This document shows, piece by piece, positions 59,561 through 64,000 of a stretch of 64,000 nucleotides of DNA. The notes beneath the pieces were generated by a model. The model was not told the DNA's origin. It ran no database searches and saw only the letters and a list, made by a program, of their open reading frames with translations. Made by a program: the position numbers and the translations under genes. Positions within the stretch are counted from its first letter, which is position 1. The number at the start of each line of letters is the position of its first letter. Source of the DNA: Spirochaetota bacterium (lineage in GTDB: Bacteria; Spirochaetota; UBA4802; UBA5550); contig JALOTL010000014.1 in assembly GCA_025457915.1 (NCBI GenBank), forward strand, positions 5,156-69,155, given 5' to 3'.

Positions 59561-60568
59561 TTGATACAGGCAATATACTGTCCATACACGAGGTCTACAA
59601 TGATCCTTATCACCGGAAGCGGCTCACTCACTGGAAAAACCCTTTTAAACAAACTCATCCAACAGGGGCAGAAGGTCAGGTGCCTTGATTTCGAAAAGCC
59701 GAAGGTCCTGCCGAAAGGCGTGGATTTCATCGCGGGAGACGTGCTGGACGAGGCGCTCTTGAAAAAGGCGTGCCATGGCGTCACGGACGTCTTCCATTTC
59801 ATGGACATAAAGGACGCAAAGCATTACGGCCGCAGGAACATGAAAAAAATCAACGTAAGGGGGACCGAGAACCTTCTCTTCGCGGCCGGAAGGGCCGGGG
59901 TAAAAAAATTCATGTTCCTCTCCAGCTATGAAATCTACGGGAGGAGCAAAAAAATACCGATACGCCAGGATGACAGGAAAAAGCCGGTCACAAGGTACGG
60001 GAAGGACAAGCTCAGGGCCGAAAAAATATGCAATGAATACATCAAAAAGGGCGACATGGCGATCACCATCATCAGGCCGGCCCTTACGATCGGGCCCGGC
60101 ACTGACAACCCGATAATACTGATCACCCTGCTCATGGCCCTCGGGATGGCGGATGCGAACAGGATGTACATCTCCGGAAACGGCGACAACAGGTTCCAGC
60201 TCATACACCCGGACGACGTGGTCGAGGCCGTCCTTCTGGCCCACGGATCCGAAAAGGCCGCGGGAAAGGTTTACAATCTTGGTTCCGACAACGTGCCCAC
60301 GCAGATGGAGCAGGTAGTGAAGATGATGGAGCTGGCCAAGCTCGACTGCACGATCAGGCACCTTTCCCCGGGATACACCAGGTTCCTGTCGTTCGTCATG
60401 AAGCCGTTCAAGGTGAGCTACCTGAACAAGGAGCACCTGGTACTGCTTCTCAACACGATACTCATGGATTGCCAGGTTGCGAAGGACGACCTGGGATGGG
60501 AGCCGGTGAAGACGAACCTGGATATTCTTCTCGAAACGATAAAATGGTACAAGGAGGAGAAGCTCTAG
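59561..60568 (+). CDS. NAD-dependent epimerase/dehydratase (extended SDR family)
   Basis: A Rossmann GxxGxxG (ITGSGSLTG) is followed by the catalytic YxxxK (YGKDK). Confidence 0.8.
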   Translation: MIQAIYCPYTRSTMILITGSGSLTGKTLLNKLIQQGQKVRCLDFEKPKVLPKGVDFIAGDVLDEALLKKACHGVTDVFHFMDIKDAKHYGRRNMKKINVRGTENLLFAAGRAGVKKFMFLSSYEIYGRSKKIPIRQDDRKKPVTRYGKDKLRAEKICNEYIKKGDMAITIIRPALTIGPGTDNPIILITLLMALGMADANRMYISGNGDNRFQLIHPDDVVEAVLLAHGSEKAAGKVYNLGSDNVPTQMEQVVKMMELAKLDCTIRHLSPGYTRFLSFVMKPFKVSYLNKEHLVLLLNTILMDCQVAKDDLGWEPVKTNLDILLETIKWYKEEKL

Positions 60569-60580
60569 GACCGGGGCCGG

Positions 60581-62242
60581 TCAGCGCTTCTTCTTTTTGC
60601 CGTCGTCCGGATCACCTTCCTGCTTTCCGCGGGCAAGGGCGGCGAACGGCATCGTTACAATCTTCTTTATAAAATCATATATCTTTATGAATATCAGCAT
60701 GAGGAACTGTCCCATGCTCCCCTTGCCCACGTCCATTGTAAAAAGAAGCTGGCCCGCCCTCATCTCCTTCGAGGAAAGTTTCCTGCTGTCCAGCTGCATC
60801 TGCTTGAGGAGCTGCTTCGCCTGTTTCTTGGCGAGCTTCATCATCTCCCTGTCCTCCTTGAACTCCTTAACCTCCATGAAGGTCCAGAGCAGCTCGGGGT
60901 CTTTCAGGAGCTGCTGCTTCAGCTGTGCCACCCGTTCGGACGCGTTCACGAGACGCTGGTTTTCCGCGTTGCCGTTTTCGAGGAGCATCTGGATGTACTG
61001 CGAAAGAAAGTGGGTCTGCTTGAAGAGCCTGTCCTTCTCCTCGGGGTGAAGACCTGACATGTCGACGGAGTAAAACCTGTCGATGGCCTCGTTTATGTAT
61101 TTGAGGGTCGTGTCATCCACCTGGAAGAGGCCGTCCATTTCCAGGTCCTTAATTTCTATGTACTTGTCCGAGATCTCCTTGAGGTCCTTGAACATCTTGT
61201 CCGATATGTCGAAGATCAGCCTGAAGACCCTTTTCTCGGTGGTCGACATGCCGCTGTCGTCGCCGCTCTGGATCCTGTTGACCTGCTTCTTGATGTCCCT
61301 GATGTTTATCATGGTGGGATCGAAATCGAGCCTTTCGCCCTTGAGGTAGCCCTCGAGTTCGAAGAAGTCCGGCTCCGGTATCTCGTCCCCTATCTTCAGG
61401 ACGTTGAGCTTGATGTCGCCGAGTTTGAACTTCATGAGGTTCTTGTCGATCTTGCTTATGCCGTCGGTCACCACCAGTATCTCGGTCTTCATCATCTCCT
61501 TGTCGAACTTGATGTCGCTTATGGCCTGGTTCACGGCTATTTCGATATTGGTGCTGGTGCCGCCCGTCGTGGTGAGGAGAACCTCCTCTATCAGACGCGG
61601 GAAGTCCTCCCTCTTCTCGATTTTGAACAGTTTGCCCGCCTTCGAATCAAACGGCCTGTAGAAGAGCTTCGCCTTGCTTTCCAGCTTCCGCCTGAGAAAC
61701 TCGGCCACTATGCACTTGGCGTAGAAGGTCCTCATCTTAACCTCCATCGACTTCGAGCGGTCGAGAAGTATATAGCACTTCTGCTCGAAGCGCGTGGCGT
61801 CCTTCCCCTTCTGGTCGCGCGACGTGGTGATGGGCCTGAAGCTGTCGGCCTCGGTTTCGAAAAACCTCTGCACAAGAAGTGACTTCGTGAAGATCTTTAC
61901 ATCTAGGAGTTCGTCAAGGGCCAGTTCCCTGGGAAGTGCCCTCTTCAGGTCGTTGATGTTTTTGTAGGTCTCGATTTCCATCCGGTCGCCGATCGGCGCG
62001 ATCTTCTCGAGCCTGTTGATCTGTATGCTCTCCTTCCTGTCGGGCTCAAAGACCTTTTCCTCTTTCGTCATTTCCTGGAGGGCTTCGTATGCCTCGGTGG
62101 TTTTGTCCTCGGAGAATATTATCCTTGCGATCTCGAAGAGCATGAAAAATTTCGGCGGGAGCATGTGCTTCATGCTGTCAAAAAATCCCATCGATTCCCA
62201 GTATTGAAAAAAATCGACCTCCCTTCTTTCCCCGTCAAGCAT
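60581..62242 (-). CDS. VWA-domain protein (ViaA-like partner of an AAA+ ATPase)
   Basis: The central VWA/MIDAS region is ...CYILLDRSKSM...TGGTSTNIEIAVNQAI...ILVVTDG.... The gene is directly downstream of the RavA-like ATPase gene. Confidence 0.6.
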   Translation of the reverse strand: MLDGERREVDFFQYWESMGFFDSMKHMLPPKFFMLFEIARIIFSEDKTTEAYEALQEMTKEEKVFEPDRKESIQINRLEKIAPIGDRMEIETYKNINDLKRALPRELALDELLDVKIFTKSLLVQRFFETEADSFRPITTSRDQKGKDATRFEQKCYILLDRSKSMEVKMRTFYAKCIVAEFLRRKLESKAKLFYRPFDSKAGKLFKIEKREDFPRLIEEVLLTTTGGTSTNIEIAVNQAISDIKFDKEMMKTEILVVTDGISKIDKNLMKFKLGDIKLNVLKIGDEIPEPDFFELEGYLKGERLDFDPTMINIRDIKKQVNRIQSGDDSGMSTTEKRVFRLIFDISDKMFKDLKEISDKYIEIKDLEMDGLFQVDDTTLKYINEAIDRFYSVDMSGLHPEEKDRLFKQTHFLSQYIQMLLENGNAENQRLVNASERVAQLKQQLLKDPELLWTFMEVKEFKEDREMMKLAKKQAKQLLKQMQLDSRKLSSKEMRAGQLLFTMDVGKGSMGQFLMLIFIKIYDFIKKIVTMPFAALARGKQEGDPDDGKKKKR

Positions 62243-62254
62243 GGCCGTATTCCG

Positions 62255-63757
62255 TCAGTAGATGTCCCGGTAATCCCTCAGGATGCCCTCTTTAAGCTCC
62301 CTCGCCTCCTCCACTGCCGGGTTCAGCTCGACGACGCTGTTCTTGAGGGCCTCTATCGTCATCTTATCCTTCGACTCTTCATCCGCTCTTCTCCTCTGCG
62401 GGAATATCTTTTTAAGAATATCCCTGAGGCCCTGGACAAGGCCCTTCTTCTCAAGGATCATGTCCCTCTTCTCCGGTGTCTCCCTGATTTCCTGTAAAAG
62501 CCTCCTGACGTTAAGCAGAAACTCCAGCTGCGGGATCGCACCGGTCGCGTTGAAGTGGACCATGGTCTGCTGGTATGCGTCCAGGTACACGTCAACCTCC
62601 GATTTGTCCTTGGCCTTCACGGAAACGTAGCTGTTGAGCGTGCAGAGCGCGAGATAAAGCTCCTTGAGGTCCTCCTCGTTCGCGCTGAACCTGTTGTTGA
62701 TCAGGGCGGAGGCGCGCATGAAGTCGGCGAGCTTCGCCCTCTTCCTGGGGCTGACGAAGTAATTGTAGTCGCTCTTCCTCATTTCGCTGACGAACCTGTT
62801 TATCACCGTGTTCTTCATGAAGTACAGGAAGTCGGAAATCTCGACCTTGATCGCCTTGTTGTTGTTCTTGATGATGTCGTGGAGGTAGAGTATCTGGTTG
62901 AAGTACATTTTCTTTTCAGGATCCATGGGCTTCCCGCCGCTGAAGGCGTAGGTGTGGTCTATCAGGAGCTGGGAGTAGACGTTGTTGTCCTCCGGAATGA
63001 TCGACTTGTATGTAAACCTGTCGAGGACGGCCTCGGTGACCTCGTTCATCCTCATGTAGTTGGCCGTGGCTATGGCGGAGTGCACCGCCACGTCGATCTG
63101 CTCCGAGCCGTTGATGAACTTCCTCTCGTTCAGCACGGAGAGAAGCGAGCGGAGCACCACGTCACTGGCGTCGAAGAACTCGTCGAGGAACACGAGGTTT
63201 GCCTCTATTATTGACCCCTTGATGTTGTGCCTTATCCTGCCTTTTTTAAACTCGTCTATGTTGTACGGCCCGAAGTAGTTGTCCGGAGTCTGGTCCTTGC
63301 TGGCCTGGCTGGAAAAAATCCTCGCTCCCTCGAAGGTGTTGAAGATATAGTTGGTGAGATAAGACTTCGCCATGCCGGTCCGGGACAGGAGGAGCATGTG
63401 CTCGCCCGTGAGGATCGCGTATATGGCCTGCCTTATGATCTCGTCCCTGCCTATGACGTTCTCGGATATCCTCTTCATGTGCCAGTTCAGGTACTCGATG
63501 ATCGTGGGAATATGGTACTCTCCAGAGGACACCGCTGCCAGGGACGATATCTCGGACTTCTTGTCCGGGACCTTCTCCGTCGACGAGGTTATCACGTGCG
63601 GCATGTCCGTCTTCCTCGACGGCGCGGACTGGTCGAAATCCCCCTGGTCCATTGTCACCTGCGGTTCCGGGATGCCTCCCCCGAAGCTGTAGGCGCCGAT
63701 TACCTCGTAGCCCTCGTCCTTGTATCTGCTTTTGATTTCGCTGGGTATGTTGATCAT
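62255..63757 (-). CDS. RavA/MoxR-like AAA+ ATPase (about 500 aa)
   Basis: Walker A is HMLLLSRTGMAKS (GxAKS, as in RavA). Walker B is LVFLDEF. An additional C-terminal helical region gives a length of about 500 aa, as in RavA. Confidence 0.65.
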   Translation of the reverse strand: MINIPSEIKSRYKDEGYEVIGAYSFGGGIPEPQVTMDQGDFDQSAPSRKTDMPHVITSSTEKVPDKKSEISSLAAVSSGEYHIPTIIEYLNWHMKRISENVIGRDEIIRQAIYAILTGEHMLLLSRTGMAKSYLTNYIFNTFEGARIFSSQASKDQTPDNYFGPYNIDEFKKGRIRHNIKGSIIEANLVFLDEFFDASDVVLRSLLSVLNERKFINGSEQIDVAVHSAIATANYMRMNEVTEAVLDRFTYKSIIPEDNNVYSQLLIDHTYAFSGGKPMDPEKKMYFNQILYLHDIIKNNNKAIKVEISDFLYFMKNTVINRFVSEMRKSDYNYFVSPRKRAKLADFMRASALINNRFSANEEDLKELYLALCTLNSYVSVKAKDKSEVDVYLDAYQQTMVHFNATGAIPQLEFLLNVRRLLQEIRETPEKRDMILEKKGLVQGLRDILKKIFPQRRRADEESKDKMTIEALKNSVVELNPAVEEARELKEGILRDYRDIY

Positions 63758-63769
63758 ACTGAACCCCCT

Positions 63770-64000
63770 TCAGACGACAACCGGGAGGGCGATCTTGATC
63801 GAGGTGCCCTCGCCCGGTTTGCTCTTTATCCCTATCGAGCCGCCCAGATTTTCGATGATCGTTGACACGATCATCAGCCCGAGGCCCGTGGCCTTTTTGC
63901 CCTTCGTGGTGAAGAACGGCTGGAATATCCTCTTGAGGTTTTCCTCGGATATCCCCATGCCGTGGTCGGTGATGGTAAGAAAAACGAACATGCCTTTTTC
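63770..64000 (-). CDS. Partial histidine kinase (C-terminal HATPase_c domain; N-terminus beyond the window end)
   Basis: The G1/G2 boxes are ...ITDHGMGISEENLKRIFQPFFTTKGKKATGLGLMIVSTIIENLGGSIGIKSKPGEGTSIKIALP. Confidence 0.6.
   Translation of the reverse strand, partial: EKGMFVFLTITDHGMGISEENLKRIFQPFFTTKGKKATGLGLMIVSTIIENLGGSIGIKSKPGEGTSIKIALPVVV

Noticed and set aside
1-64000. Integrase, transposase, reverse transcriptase or other mobile-element or defence-system catalytic genes associated with the islands
   Set aside because: No ORF showed recombinase (R..H..R..Y / DDE) or RT (YxDD) signatures on reading. The low-GC islands and 3'-end duplications are therefore reported as sequence signatures only.

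Overview
This is a high-GC bacterial chromosomal segment (about 60-68% GC) interrupted by several low-GC blocks. The main feature is a complete type I-E CRISPR-Cas locus on the minus strand inside a low-GC island of roughly 14-29 kb. It has cas3 (HD nuclease fused to a DEAH helicase), cse1, cse2, cas6e, cas7e, cas5e, cas1 and cas2, followed by an array of 58 repeats and 57 spacers with a 61-bp period. The gene order is non-canonical because cas6e sits ahead of cas7e and cas5e. An HTH/WYL-domain regulator is divergently transcribed from cas3.

The flanking high-GC DNA carries:
- A four-gene translationally coupled partner-switching operon: STAS antagonist, RsbW-like kinase, an unknown 502-aa protein, and a Cache/HAMP sensor PP2C phosphatase. 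Two further SpoIIE-type PP2C phosphatases with different membrane sensor modules lie elsewhere in the window.
- Two ECF sigma factors, one followed by a Cys-rich Fe-S protein and one followed by a membrane anti-sigma candidate.
- A RelE/ParE toxin with a small antitoxin, an M23 peptidase, a secreted amidohydrolase, plsC, and a 7TMR-DISM adenylate cyclase.
- An arsM-marR unit with paired palindromic operators, a chemoreceptor, a flavodoxin/ferredoxin and a CCG-domain Fe-S protein.
- A RavA/ViaA-like AAA+/VWA pair, a partial histidine kinase, and a family of three paralogous secreted/outer-membrane proteins.

The most interesting signals are:
- Duplicated spacers within the array and a very short 41-bp gap between the first repeat and cas2.
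- The WYL regulator and a 20-bp AT palindrome in the cas3/wyl divergent promoter.
- Two separate cases where a degenerate copy of a gene's 3' end reappears 1.3-2.3 kb downstream as a direct repeat bracketing a cargo segment.
- A near-identical gene pair flanking a low-GC MBOAT island, and a repeated 22-bp perfect palindrome with adjacent 19-bp tandem repeats.

No integrase or transposase was recognised. All calls come from reading the sequence and ORF track by eye; no database searches were possible.
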